Source of the DNA: Octopus vulgaris
Lineage: Eukaryota
Assembly: GCA_951406725.2 (NCBI GenBank)
Contig: OX597826.1
Coordinates: forward strand, 8,060,001 to 8,124,000
Direction: 5' to 3'
DNA length: 64,000 nt
Shown here: one piece after another, positions 26,320 through 42,481 of the stretch
How the letters are laid out: each line of letters starts with the position of its first letter
Position numbering within the stretch: the stretch's first letter is position 1
The notes under the pieces: generated by a model
Database searches by the model: none
What the model saw: only the letters and a program-made list of their open reading frames with translations
What the model was told of the DNA's origin: nothing
Translations under genes and position numbers: made by a program

Positions 26320-26364
<45 letters not shown>

Positions 26365-26381
26365 GTGTATATATATATGTG

Positions 26382-26420
<39 letters not shown>

Positions 26421-26611
26421 ATATATATATGTGTATGTATATATATATATGTATATATATATGTATATATATATATGTATATATATACATATATATATAT
26501 ATATACATATATATATGTGTGTATGTATGTATATATATGTATATATATATATGTATATATATATATACACACACATATATATATATATATACATATATAT
26601 ATGTGTGTGTG

Positions 26612-26658
<47 letters not shown>

Positions 26659-26899
26659 GTATATATAAATATATATATATGCATAAAGAGATCGATAGAT
26701 CGATAGACAGATAGGTACAGAAAGCGTGTATGCAAGAAGAAGCTTATTGTTCAGTCTATGTACCTGTCTCTCAGTCTATCTCCTTTCTCTCTCTCTCTCC
26801 CCACTCTCTACCTTACTTCCTCCCTCCATTGACTCCCCTCCCCTATGAAATTACAAAGAAACGTTTTTTAACAAAACATTTTTGGGGGTTTCAAGATTC

Positions 26900-28290
26900 C
26901 AGTGGTGAATCGTATCCATTCCCGTACCCATCGCTCTCTCTCTCTCTCTCTCTCTCTCTTTCACCCTCCACCTTCCATATCCTCCCTCCATCTCTCTCCC
27001 CTTCTCCCCATCTCATCCTCTTCCCATCCCTCTCCCTCCATCTCCCCTCCTCCACCCCTTACCCCCTCTCTAATCTTCTCTCTGTCTCACCTTCTTTTTG
27101 TCTTTCTCACCTCTCTTCTCTGTCTCTCTTCTTTGTCTTTCTCACCTCCCTTCTCTCTCTCCTTCTCTTTGTCTTTCTCACCTCCCTTCTCTCTCTCTCT
27201 CTCTCTCTCTCTCCTTCTCTTTGTCTTTCTCACCTCCCTTCTCTCTCTCTCTCTCTCCTTCGTTTTGTCTTTCTCACCTCTTTTCCCTCTCTCTATCCTT
27301 CCCTTTGTCTTTCTCACATCCCTTCTCTCTCTCTCTCTGTCTCTCCTTCTCTTTGTCTTTCTCACCTCCCTTCTCTCTCTCTCTCCTCCTTCACTCAGTA
27401 ACTCAGTTTCTGTCCCTCTCTCTGTCATTCTTTCTCTTTCCCATTCACTCTCTTCTTCTCTCTCCCCATTTCTCATTTTCTTTCTCTTCTTTTCTCTTTC
27501 ACTCCCTCTCCCTCATTTCTTTCCCTTTCTCTTTCTCTCTCTGTCATTTCCCTCTCTCTCGTTTCTCATTTCTCTCTCTCTCCCGCTCTCCCCCTCTTTC
27601 CCTTTCTCCCCCCCCCACATCTCTCTCTCTCTCTCTCTCTCTCTCTTTATCTCTTTTACTCACACTGTTTCACTTTCTCCCTCTCTCCATTCATCTCTCT
27701 CACATTCTATTCTTTTTAACTCTCTCTCCCCATTTCTCTCTCTCATTCTCTCTCTCACTCACTCACTCTTTCTCACTCGCTCTTTCTCTTTTTTTTCACT
27801 CGACCCATTTAGCTCTCTCTTTCACTTTCCCCATTTCTCTCTACCTTCCCCTATCTCTTTCCTTTTCTCCCTCTCCCCCTCACTTACATTTCTCTCCCTC
27901 TTTCCCTCTCATTCTCTCCTACTCTCCCTCTCGCTCCCCTCTTTCTCGTCATTTCTCACTCACTCTCTCTCTTTCCCCATTACTCTCCCCTACCTCCTCT
28001 CTCTTACCCATTCTCCCTCCCCACAATTCTCTCTCTCCCCCTCACCTTTTCCTCTCTCTCTCTTTCCCCATTACTCTCCCCCTACATCTTCTCTCTTTCC
28101 CATTCCCCCTCTCCACATTTCTCTCGCTCCCCCTCTCCTTCCTCACACTCTCTCTTTCCCCATTACTCTCCCCCTACATCTTCTCTCTTTCCCATTCTCC
28201 CTCTCCACATTTCCGTCTCTCCCCCCACATTTTTTCTCCCCCCTCACATATCTCTCTCCCCCTCTCCCACTTCCTCCGCCAATTCCATCT
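26900..28290. repeat. ~1.4-kb polypyrimidine (CT-rich) tract with an internal minisatellite (27080-27390)
   Basis: Almost purely C/T; recurring CTTCTCTTTGTCTTTCTCACCTCCCTTCTCTCTCT. Confidence 0.9.
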
Positions 28291-28528
28291 CCACCAACCG
28301 CGGTTCCTCCCACCCCCAATCAATCCTTGTCATTAACACCTCCACCGAACGGCTCAGCCAATGTCGTCTAAACCTCTGATGAAAGCGACTGTGTCACCAG
28401 CCACACAGTGTTTGGTGCCTATTTCGGTTAATTAAGGTGGCGAAATATCAAACGAACGCGCGACACATCGTTAATTCTATGCTTCGCGATGGCACAGCCG
28501 TAAAAATGAAAATAAGAAATATATACAC

Positions 28529-29007
<479 letters not shown>

Positions 29008-29105
29008 GTATAACCGTATAAAAAACGGGAAAACAAAGTTATTGCAAACAGGACGGGGCCCATTTTATAGTTTTACATAGTTTTGTCGGAGTGGTTATAA
29101 AGATA

Positions 29106-29155
<50 letters not shown>

Positions 29156-29184
29156 CGTTTCTATTATCTGTTATTTTTTGCTTC

Positions 29185-29280
29185 TATCATCAGCATCTAT
29201 ATTGCCCTCATCATCACCACCACCACCATTATCATCATCATCATCATCATCATCATCACCATCATCACCACCATCATCAC

Positions 29281-29358
<78 letters not shown>

Positions 29359-29806
29359 TATCACCAGCACCACCATCGTTAAATCATCATCAGCAGTATC
29401 ATTATTATCGTCGCTGTAGTCGATACAATCACCACCACCACCACCACCATCATCAAAATCAGCATCATTTTCTTCATTATCATTATCATCATCTCCGGTG
29501 TCGTCGTCTTCATTATCATCATCATCATCATCATCATCGTCATCATCATCCACGTCATCGACGTTCTGGTGGTCATCGTCATCGTGGTTGTCGTAGTAGT
29601 CGATGGCGTCGCCGTCATCATCGTCGTAGTGATCATCATCATAACTATTATCACCAACATCATCATCATCATCGTCATCATCATCGTCATCATCATCACT
29701 ATCATCATCGTGGTCGTCGTCATCATTATCACCATCATTATCATCATCATCATCATCATCATCATAATCGCCATCACCATCATCATCATCATCGTCGTCG
29801 TCGTCG

Positions 29807-29842
<36 letters not shown>

Positions 29843-29858
29843 CCATCATCACCACCAA

Positions 29859-29890
<32 letters not shown>

Positions 29891-29951
29891 TAATCATCAT
29901 CATCACCACCACCACCAACACCACCACCACCATCATCATCATCATCACCAC

Positions 29952-29987
<36 letters not shown>

Positions 29988-29990
29988 TAT
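29185..29990. repeat. (CAT/CAC/CGT)n degenerate trinucleotide tract
   Basis: Direct reading; source of the poly-His/Asp/Met pseudo-ORFs. Confidence 0.95.
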
Positions 29991-30408
29991 AATCGATGGC
30001 GCTGTCATCAGTGTCGGTGTTGTTTTGTTGTTGTTTCTTATTGATATTCGAAAAGAATGAGGAATCTAAAATGATTTGTGACATTCTGTTTTCGTTTATC
30101 GCTTTGTATTTTTATGCTTGTCTATGTTTATGTATACTTACATACATACGTACATGCATACATACATACATACATACATACATGTGTGCGTGTTTGTGTA
30201 TGCATGTATGAAAGTGCATACACACATACACACACACACACACATACAAACACACATATTCAAACTTAGTGAGTTGTCTTTATTGTTATTTTATTGCTGT
30301 CTTTGTGATTTTTGATTATAAGTGTGTGTATATATTCATAGATGTATGTATGTATGTACAATTATGCAGCAACGGATATATGTGGATTTGTTTATATAGA
30401 AACGTTTT

Positions 30409-30457
<49 letters not shown>

Positions 30458-30552
30458 CTAGAGAGAGGAAGAGAGGGCAATAGATACGCAGTCGCTTTAG
30501 CATACAAATTTGCGTACACCTATATAGAAATACACACACACACATACACATA

Positions 30553-30642
<90 letters not shown>

Positions 30643-30807
30643 CCTCTATCTGTTTGTATGTCTATCTTTATATCTGTATATCTATCTAGCCATCTATCTA
30701 TCTACCGTTGTAAACATTCATACATAAATACATACATACATACATCCGTATATACATACGTACATACATACCATACACATACATATATATGTGTGTGTGT
30801 GCGAGCG

Positions 30808-30839
<32 letters not shown>

Positions 30840-31401
30840 AAGACAGACAGACAGACAGACAGTCAGGCAGACAGACAGACAGACAGGCAGACAGACAGAC
30901 AGAGAGACAGATGTGTGTGTACAAGGTGTTAGAGTGAGAAACTTATAGAAAGAGGATGAACAAAGAATTGGGAGGTTTAAGGACAGAATATTTTCCTTTC
31001 TTGTTTATTTTGATTTGCTTTTTATAACTATTATTATTTTGTTTTGATTTGGTTTTGGAAGTGATGTTGATGAGCACCCCTTAAAACAAAGGAACGGATA
31101 ATGGTCTGATTGGAAGAATGGCATCTATGGCACGAAGCTAAAAACGCTAGTATTAAACACCAACACACACACATTCACACACACACACACGCACACACAC
31201 ACACACATGGATACAAACTTATATCTACAAACACACATACACGCAAATTTATTTATATATATATATATATAATACGTACACACATACATATATTTATACA
31301 TGTGTGTATATGTATACAGGTATATATTTGTGTATGTAAGTAAATATCTATATATGCATATGCATTTGTGTTGAACAAGGATTATCTGTGTGTGTATGTT
31401 A

Positions 31402-31433
<32 letters not shown>

Positions 31434-32240
31434 ATGTATATACGTCTGTCTATGTATGTATATATACACACACACGCGCGCACTTTCACACATGTATATA
31501 TATATTAGGAAGTGTACATAATTGTACTCTAGTACTCTATATAACTAAATAAACACATACATACATTATTGACAAATGGACAAACGAGAATATATTGAAA
31601 GCAAAACAAAACACATACACACAAAAAAAAAAGATCAAGTGCTAAGAAACGAAAAACACAACGAAACAAAACCAAGAAAAAACGCCATAAAAAAACAAGA
31701 ACAGAAAAGAAAGGATTTGTTTAGAATAGATTTCGTAGATAAATACAAAGCAGATTGGTCCTGTGGTAACAAAATGAGATGCTTCAGTCTCTTATTAATA
31801 GGTAATTAATGCAGCCTTGCTCATGATAATCTACGACACATAGTTGTTTAGTTGTTCTAATAAAGAATAGACTAGAAAAGAGGCCGAACAATCGCTGTTT
31901 GATGACGTCTTCCACCATTTTTTTTTATTGCTGTCGACGTTGTTATTATTTCTCTCATTCCGTTCAAGTTTAGACCGTCCCTTCTTTTCCGAATTCGCCA
32001 ATGTTTTCGCCCTCATCTTTTTATGTGATATATATGTATAAGCATATGTGTATGTATGTGTCGTCTATGTATGTATGTATGTACGTATGTATGTATGTAT
32101 GTATGTATGTATGTATGTATGTATGTATGTATGTATGTATGTATGTATGTGTCGTGTATGTATGTATGTATGTGTAGAAAGATAGATAGATAGAGAGAGA
32201 AATAGATAAATAGATAGATAGATTGATAGACAGACAGACT

Positions 32241-32342
<102 letters not shown>

Positions 32343-32769
32343 TACACAAATACACAAACATCATTCAGACACATATTCTGATAGTTAGGCACTCAGACGT
32401 ATATGTGCGTGTGTATGTGTGTGTAGAATTGTATGAGTGTGTGCGTGCGTGTGTTTGGCGACAAAGAGAGAAACAAGCAACGTAGATAGATAGACAGATA
32501 GAAACAAAGTATACACATATACAGTCAGTATTTATATACATATATACACAAACATATTTATACATGCAAATATAATCACACACCAGCATATACGTGTATG
32601 TGTGTGTGCGTGTATGTGTATGTGTTGTGTGTATGTGTGTGTGTGTTGTGCGTGATGTTTTGTGTGTGTGTATTTTTACTATTTGTCATTGTGTTCTTGC
32701 TTCTTTTCTTTGATTATTCTTCATTTTACTTTGCCGTTTATCTTTTATTGTCGTCATTATTTTCAAGTC

Positions 32770-33142
32770 AGGTGCCGTAGATTGGTAGAGTTCTTGGAGG
32801 TCATCGGACACTATTAGCTTTTGTCACGATTCTTTACGTTCGGGTTTCAAATTCCGCTGGAGTCAATCTTGGATTTTCATTCAGAGTCGATAAAATAAAG
32901 CCCCATTCATGAACTGAGGGTGATTTAATCGACTTCTACCTCACCACAAAAATTCCGGCATCGCTGTTATATCAGAAACTAGCTTGTAGGCTGCGAGCTG
33001 GCAGAATCGTTAGCACCCCGAAAGGATGAGAGGTCTACTTTGCCTTTCATCCTTTCGGGGTCGATAAATTAAGTACCAGTTACGTACTGGGGTCGATGTT
33101 TGTCCCCTTTGTGTTTAGCCCCTTGTGGGTAGTAAAGAAATA
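32770..33142 (+). mobile_element. Two family-A SINE copies (one old, one internally rearranged)
   Basis: Core matches at ~32870 and ~33040. Confidence 0.7.
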
Positions 33143-33340
33143 ACTTCTGCCTGATAAGCTATTGCATTTGATTCCCAGCCACATGCTCCTGGGTTCGGTT
33201 CCACTGCGTGGCACCTTCGGTTAGCGTCTTCTACTATATCCTCGGCTTGTGAGAGTATTTCGTAGAGGGATACAGAAAGAAATTCGTAGTCTCTCTCCTT
33301 CTCTCTCTCTCTCTCTCTCTCGCTTATCTTCTCTCTTTCT

Positions 33341-34520
<1,180 letters not shown>

Positions 34521-34612
34521 ATATTAACGAAAACAATTAACGAAACCATGGTATAAGCTATTAAACTATAGTTGCTCTCCAGTGGCTCAAGGTGGTACTG
34601 AGCTTTAATATT

Positions 34613-34800
34613 GATTTCAAATTTTGGTACAAGTTCGGGATTACATCGACCCCAATAATCCACTGGTACTTTTGTTATCAACCCCGAAAGGATAAAAAGT
34701 AAAGTCCACCTCGGCGTAACTTGAACTCAGAACATGGAGATTGACAAAATGCCGCTAAGCATTTGCCTGTCAAGCTAATGATTCTGCCACTTCGCCACCT
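34613..34800 (-). mobile_element. Family-A SINE (diverged)
   Basis: ACCCCGAAAGGATAAAAAGTAAAGTCCACCTCGGCG core. Confidence 0.75.
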
Positions 34801-34865
34801 CAAACTGAACTTTAATATTACATCGTGAAAATGTCATGATTTCTATCAAAGTTCTCGTATAATGT

Positions 34866-35129
34866 TGTGTATAATCTTGCAGTACGTTATAACAATATTA
34901 TACACTAGCCACCTACGTATCATATTTAATGTATATACACCGCTGATATGCTAGTCTCTGCCTATGCTTCGTGGAATATCGTCTCTTATGGACGTCCGTA
35001 AGAGATGATATCATACCATGAATACCGCAGTAACTGTCGTATCAACCGTGTATATACATTATTTATGATACGTAGATGGCTATTTTAATTTAATACAGCC
35101 TCAGCTGCATATACCGAATATTATACACC
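34866..35129. repeat. Older imperfect foldback centred on GGACGTCC (34990-34997)
   Basis: TAGCCACCTACGTATCAT...TAATGTATATACAC (from 34906) pairs with GTGTATATACATTA...ATGATACGTAGATGGCTA (to 35082); outer GTGTATAAT/ATTATACAC. Confidence 0.75.
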
Positions 35130-35711
35130 ATATAAATTTTGAAAGAAACTATGCGTTATATCAACGAATCTGCCGTATCTCTGTAATAGTTGATTATCAT
35201 ATTACAGTCAGCGAGTTTTGTTATAGTATATTCTCTAATCGTATTATATTTTTACATGTTACACTTGCATGAATAGTCATGAATAAATGATGCTGTTTAA
35301 GTGAACATCTATACATTATTAAACGATTCTACTATTGAAAACATTAGTTAAATGACAGTGCATATATTTTCATGAATAAATTGAAACCAAACTCCGCACA
35401 AACTAACGATAGTCTAGGTCGGTAAAAATATGTGAATAAAGTTTGGTGATGTAGACATGGCAGAGTGGTTAAGAAGATTGATTCACAAACACTTGGATTC
35501 TCGTTCAATTTCACTGCAGAGCACCTTAGGTAGAAGTTTTCTCCTCTTCGGCCAGGCAGGCCAACTGCCTTGTGATAAAGTTTGGTACACGAAAACCGTA
35601 TGGAAACATATCTGTCTGTCTGTATGTATGTATGTATGTATGCGTGAGAGTGTGTATGTATGTATGTATGTATGTATGTATGTATGTATGTATGTATGCA
35701 TGTATGTATGT

Positions 35712-36217
35712 GGAGGCGTAATGGCCCAGTGGTTAGGGCAGCGGACTCGTGGTCATAGGATCGCGGTTTCGATTCATAGACCGGGCATTGTGAGTATTTG
35801 TTGAGGGAAAACACCTAAAGCTCCATGTGACTCCGGCAGGGGTGGTGGTGAAACCTGCTGTACTCTTTCACCACAACTTTCTCTCACTCTTTCTTTCTGT
35901 TTCCGTTGTACCTGTATTTCAAAAGGCCAGCCTTGACACACTCTCTGTCACGCTGAATCTCCCCGAAAACAACGTTAAGGGTACACGTGTCTGTGGAGTG
36001 CTCAGCCACTTGCACGTTAATAACTGAGCTGCGACGTCACAGGTTCGAAGCTGTATCGACCTTTGCCTTTCCCTTGGATAACATCAGTGACGTGGAGAAG
36101 GGAGACTGGTATGCGCGGGCGACTGCTGGTCTTCCATAAACAACCTTCCCCGGACTTGTGCCTCGGAGGGTAACTTTCTAGGTGCAATCCTATGGTCATT
36201 CATGACTGAAGGGGGTC
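35712..36217 (+). mobile_element. tRNA-derived SINE, family C (~500 bp)
   Basis: Head GGAGGCGTAATGGCCCAGTGGTTAGGGCAGCGGACTCG...GGTTTCGATTC; colinear with 16085-16568. Confidence 0.85.
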
Positions 36218-36312
36218 AAACAAATATATATATATATATATGTATGCATGTATGTATGTATGTATGTATCTGTGTGTGTGTATGTGCATATATATATATA
36301 TATATATATATG

Positions 36313-36476
36313 TGGATCAAAACAGTTTGATCCAAATTCGTTGGTACTCTTGAGTTTCAAGTGTGATGCTAGTCGTCAGCCATGTTGAATTTGATCCAGT
36401 TCAAGATGGCTGGCGACTAGCATCACACTTGAAACTCATGAGTACCAACGAATTTGGATCAAACTGTTTTGATCCA
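36313..36476. repeat. Foldback with 77-bp arms (3 mismatches) and a 10-nt loop
   Basis: 36313-36389 is the reverse complement of 36400-36476. Confidence 0.9.
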
Positions 36477-37272
36477 TACATGTAACTCCCAATAAATTGG
36501 TTGAGTGCCCTTCTTTCGTTTGTGTCTCCTCATATATACCGAATTCCTGTGTATAAAATTTTAAATTCAGCACACATGATTTTGGCCATATCAAGCATAT
36601 AGCTCAAGACACTTGCCCAAGGCTCCAAGCCCTGAAATCCGATCTCATACGATATGGTTGCGAGGTGAATTACGTAACTTATACAACCATGTCTCCAATA
36701 CTATTACAAAATATAACAAATCTAAACAAAATGGTGTATATGTGTGTGTTTTAAAATGGCCCTCATGATTCATCCACGACGTAATTGCTTAGAAATATTG
36801 ATTTTTTCGAGAAAAAATGTTATTTTTTTTTTTTATTATTTCATATATCTCACGTAATATTTCACTGTAGATCATGAAGTATTTCATTTTTTTTTTCGCT
36901 TGCATCAATGTAAATTTTTCGCAGCATAAATCGATAGTTAAGTATTGTTAAAATAATAGATCTCAACACGAAATACAGTTAGACCTTTCTGGAAATATTC
37001 GTGCGGTGCATTGGTAGAGTGGTAAGAGCGTAGTACAAAATGCCTCGTGGTAATTGTTTCGACTCTCTATATCTTGACTTCAAGTCTTACCATTGATTTT
37101 GGATCGATAAGTAAAGTAGCACTCATGTATAGGCACCGTTTCTTTCCCATCTTTTCGCCTTTCCTCTCTCCGGTGCGACAGCATGGCCGCAGTCAAATGA
37201 CTAAAACAAGTAAAAGAATAAATGAATAAAATAATATCTCACTCTCCTTTGCCTCCTCCACACACACACACA

Positions 37273-37316
<44 letters not shown>

Positions 37317-38029
37317 CCCTCTCTCACTCAGTTTCTCTTGGGATAAGCTATGTTGTAATGTTTCAAGAAATAGCGTTCGTATTTCAACATTTCTAAGCAC
37401 TTAGCCACAAATTTCTGAACTCACTAAAAAAGAATGAGCGAACATTTTTTAGCGAGAAATAATTGTAAATGATGGGGAATAATTACATAATTACTAGCCA
37501 ATTAATGCATTTCACATGGACAACTCTACAACCTATTTCCTCAATTATCCGATAGGTCGGGGAAAGAAGTTACCTCTGTCCAACACAGAAATCATTACCA
37601 CGAACGGTTGTCGAACCGATTCACTGCAACAGCCATGACATAGGAACCACTTCATCCGTCGGATAAACTATCTTTGCTCGTATTCGACGTTTATAATTTT
37701 TTTTAAAATCATTCGTCGATTTACGAACGAAACCATTTGTTTTCATTACCAAGATTTAAAGAATACATATGTCTTATCGCGAAGTACTTTTGCATCTTTT
37801 ACTATCTTCGGGTTTCATCAGCGCACTTTGTATAATTGGTGGGCGATTGGAGTCTTCCTTAAAGATCTGTTGTCTTATTCTAATAGTAGTAATAGCAGAA
37901 AATAATTTCCTAATGTTAGTTAGTTACAAGCTAGTAAGCTTGTTTCAAGCTAGTAAGCTTACATCAGTTTTCAAGTAGCAGCTCATATCTGGTTATGATC
38001 ACCTGCTGCAGATGGAATATTAAGGTATA

Positions 38030-38266
38030 GGGCGGCGAGCTGGCAGAATCGTTAGCACGTCGAGCGAAATGCGTAGCCGTATTTCGTCTGCCGTTACGTT
38101 CTGAGTTCAAATTCCGCCGAGGTCGACTTTGCCTTTCATCCTTTCGGGGTCGATAAATTAAGTACCAGTTACGCACTGGGGTCGATGTAATCGACTTAAT
38201 ACCTATGTCTGTCATTGTTTGTCCCCTCTGTGTTTAGCCCCTTGTGGGTAAAAAAGAAATAGGTAT
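38030..38266 (+). mobile_element. Full-length tRNA-derived SINE with Nin-type core (reference copy, family A)
   Basis: A box TGGCAGAATCG, B box GAGTTCAAATTCC, core GCCTTTCATCCTTTCGGGGTCGATAAATTAAGTACCAG; about 25 related copies in the window. Confidence 0.9.
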
Positions 38267-38670
38267 TGAAATCATGCATGTGTTAAAGCCATCAGTTATT
38301 CGCTCTATTACACGGAAGAGAGTCTTTCAATCCGTTTGAATTTGCGTGAGAATCTTTCCTCTCGGTCCCACACCAAATGACGTCCTATTTTCTTATAACA
38401 GGATACATTTGATTAAGTAGCACACTCTGCCCAATGCAAGAGAGTATATTCACTCAGGGTTAACTTTGGGAGCTCAACAAGTACCAACAAAAATAACAAC
38501 AATGTGAATTTCTTGGCCGATTATTTGTTATGATATGTGTTCGACAGTTACGCTCTCAAGAGAGGAATCTCAGCTGAAGAAGTTAGACAGGTAAGTTGTA
38601 TAACAGCAAGGAAAGGGAAAGACGAAACACATGTCTGCGAGAGAGAGAGAGAGGGAGAGAGAGAGAGAGA

Positions 38671-38720
<50 letters not shown>

Positions 38721-38884
38721 AGAGAAATAATAGAAGACATGTTATGTTTCATATTTATAACGTCGTTATTAACACTAGTTTTCTCTCAGACAATTTGCAG
38801 ATGCAAGTCCTGCTAATGAAAAGAACGAGAGAAAGAAACTCGCATACATACATACATACATACATACATACATACATACATACA

Positions 38885-38915
<31 letters not shown>

Positions 38916-39298
38916 TTATATATACATATACATATATATAAAATAATTGACATCCAGAATAATTGATATAAATATGTGTGTGTGTGTGTGTGTATGCTAT
39001 ATATATGTATGTATGTATGTATCTATGCGTGTATATGTATATATATATATACTGTGGTTTGAACAATTAGCTTAACGTGCACTCCACTTCAATAGCGAAA
39101 TTCTTTCCTAAGCCTTCGAACATTCTTTCAATCAACGTACCCTTCCCACTCCACTTGTTCTCTACGTATTATTCCTACGAAATACGGCTACACATTTCGC
39201 CCGGCGCGCTAACGTTTCTGCCAGCTCGCCGCGTTAAATATTCTGAATGACCTGAGATGTTTGTCCTGCCTTGGTTTTGTTTTCATTTTCTTTTAATA

Positions 39299-39500
39299 TC
39301 TATTATATAAAATCCGTGTTCTGTCTGTCTGTGTGTGTGTGTGTGTGTGCGTCTTCTAGGATCTCGGGCATCCTCCATCCGATTGCACTCAAATTTGGTA
39401 TGTCGATACCGACGGTATCAGGGCGTGTATAAGTCTTGGAAAAATTACAAAAATCGATTCCAGGTGAGAATGCGATTGATAAAGCCGCGGGTACGTGCCA
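39299..39500 (+). mobile_element. Helitron 5' portion
   Basis: A|TCTATTATATAAAA start, then GTCT/GT microsatellite and the CCGATT..CAAATTTGG block typical of non-autonomous Helitrons. Confidence 0.55.
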
Positions 39501-40264
39501 AGCTTACTATTTAAACCATGTTTGTGTTCTCCCAGTCAACAGCCTTATCATTATTGGTACTTTAAATTCTTCGGTTGCATATTTGTGTGAATAAAGTCGT
39601 TTTTCTTTGGAATAGAAAAAAGTCTATCTTTATTTCTTCTTTTGCTGGTGTCTCAAATTTAGGTTAAATCAGTGTTTCTCAAAGGGGAGGCCTATGAGAC
39701 GACGATCGGACAAGTTGTTTTGAGAAAATTTGGTTTAAATGTTTGACAACTCAATACCGTCCATTGGACGGTGGGGAGGGGGGCATTTTGCTCGTATATA
39801 TATATATGTGTGTGTGTGTGTGTATACACGACAGGCTTCTTTCAGTTTCTGTCAACCAAATCCATTTACTAGGTATCAGTGTGCAAGTGATTATAGTAGA
39901 AAAATACTTGCCCAAAGTGACATGCAGTGGAACTGAACCAGGAACTATGTAGTTGGGAAGCAAGCTTCTTACCACACGGCCACGCCTATTACAGATATTT
40001 TTATCTATTTACCTGTACATTTACGCATCTCTTTACCCACAATCCTATTTATCTTCGCGTTTATTCCAGCTTCCATTTATCTCTTCGCTCTATGATTCTA
40101 TTTATCACAATTTCCATCTTGGTGTATTTTGCTTGGATGTATGTTTGTGTGTTTGTTGTTACTGATTCGCCATGCGTCTCCCTCAACAAATCTAGCTGTA
40201 TGTTTATATCAGCATTACCTTCCATGTGTGTGTGCATATACGCACGCACACATAAACATGTATG

Positions 40265-40332
<68 letters not shown>

Positions 40333-40333
40333 C

Positions 40334-40408
<75 letters not shown>

Positions 40409-40463
40409 GATGTCGGTGCGTACATATATGTTTGTATGTATGCATATATTTTATTTATTACAC

Positions 40464-40497
<34 letters not shown>

Positions 40498-40550
40498 CAT
40501 ATATGTTTGAGTATACATGCATGGAAGCATGTATCTACGGACGCATGCGC

Positions 40551-40581
<31 letters not shown>

Positions 40582-40763
40582 TAAAGAGAGAGAGATAGAG
40601 AGATAGATATAAAGGGAGAGTAAGAGAGTAAGAGAGAGGGAGAGAGACACCATACATGTTTATATGCTTTAAATTTTTTCTAACTTGCAAGAGAAAGTCC
40701 CAAATATTTCTCGTTCAAATTTTAACACAAAACTGCTTGCTTCACATGATGTTGTGTACGCAT

Positions 40764-40805
<42 letters not shown>

Positions 40806-40906
40806 TTATATATATGCATGTATGTATGTGTGCATATATATATATGCAAGTATGTGTTTATGTATATGTGTGTCTGTTGTGTATACATATATATGTATAT
40901 ATATAC

Positions 40907-40978
<72 letters not shown>

Positions 40979-42051
40979 ACAGAGAAAGTGTTTGAGAAAG
41001 AGAGAAAGAGGGAGAGACATTTGCTCAAAAATATCTATGCATATCTATACATACATACAAATATAATCATATATATGCATATATATAATACACATGCCTA
41101 TGTTCACACAAATGTATACACTCACGCACACACACACACGTGTATATACAATTTGTGAATTTTTTTATAGTAGCGTACGTAAGTATAGCTCTTTGTGTGT
41201 GTGTGTTATACGTGTTTGTATGTAATCATGTATGAAAATATGTATATATATAAGTTTATGCATTTAGTAATTATGTTGTATGTATATATATATGTATATA
41301 TTAAAATATGAATATATTCTGTGCATTCGAATGTGTGTTTGTTTGTGTATGCATGTATGTATGTATGTATGTGTGTTGTATGTATGGTATGTATGTATGT
41401 ATGTATGTATGTATGTATGTATGTATATATGTATGTATGTGTGTATGTAATTGTGTGTGTGTGCATGTGGGTGTGAAAACTAGAATAATCATATAGAATT
41501 AGTTGTGAAAATTCCTGGAGATTTTGTCACAGTTGTCAGCGTTTCCATCACTTAACCACCATTTTCGAAGAATGGGAATGTATATAGAGAACTTAACCGC
41601 AAGCAATTATCAATTCTCTGAAAAGTTTTGCTTACTTTCTCCCGAAGAAGACAAATGGAAGGAAACATCGTGAGTAGGAATGGTGAAATACCATTAACGC
41701 TAAAAAGAAACGGAAAACAGTAAAAAATATTTATATATATATATAATTTATACTTATAGAGTCTAAAAGAAAGTAAAAAAGAAAGAAAGAAAGAGAGAAA
41801 ACATAAAGACTACGTACTTTCACCACAAGCGAGAATTCGCAACATACTTATGCTTTTGTGCTAACAAACATAAACACGTACACATAGGTACACACACTCA
41901 TACTGAGACACACTGGTATATAAGTGCATATAACATGACACACAAAACTGATATATACTATGACACACAAACACACATACTGATATATTTACGTACGTAA
42001 GTCTGCGCGTGTGTGTGTGTACGTGTTTTTGTTCATACATGTATAATCATG

Positions 42052-42089
<38 letters not shown>

Positions 42090-42094
42090 ACCAT

Positions 42095-42153
42095 ATATCG
42101 ATAGATAGATATAGATACGTATATTTTTATCTATCAATACATATATATATATA

Positions 42154-42213
<60 letters not shown>

Positions 42214-42339
42214 TGTGATACGTATATTTTTATCTATCAATATATATATATATATATATAAATATATATTTTTATATATATATATATATATATATACATC
42301 TATGGAGAGATAGATACAGATACGTATATTTTTATCTAT

Positions 42340-42408
<69 letters not shown>

Positions 42409-42449
42409 TATGGATAGATAGATATAGATACGTATATTTTTATATATCA

Positions 42450-42460
<11 letters not shown>
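42095..42460. repeat. Higher-order tandem (4 units) GATACGTATATTTTTATCTATCAA-(TA)n
   Basis: Motif at ~42114, 42217, 42319 and 42427. Confidence 0.8.

Positions 42461-42481
<21 letters not shown>

Noticed and set aside
28375-28450. CTGATGA...CGAAA hammerhead-like pair
   Set aside because: No consistent helices I and III.
35712-35785. tRNA gene
   Set aside because: SINE head continuing into a 500-bp repeat body; the same applies to the other A/B-box hits.
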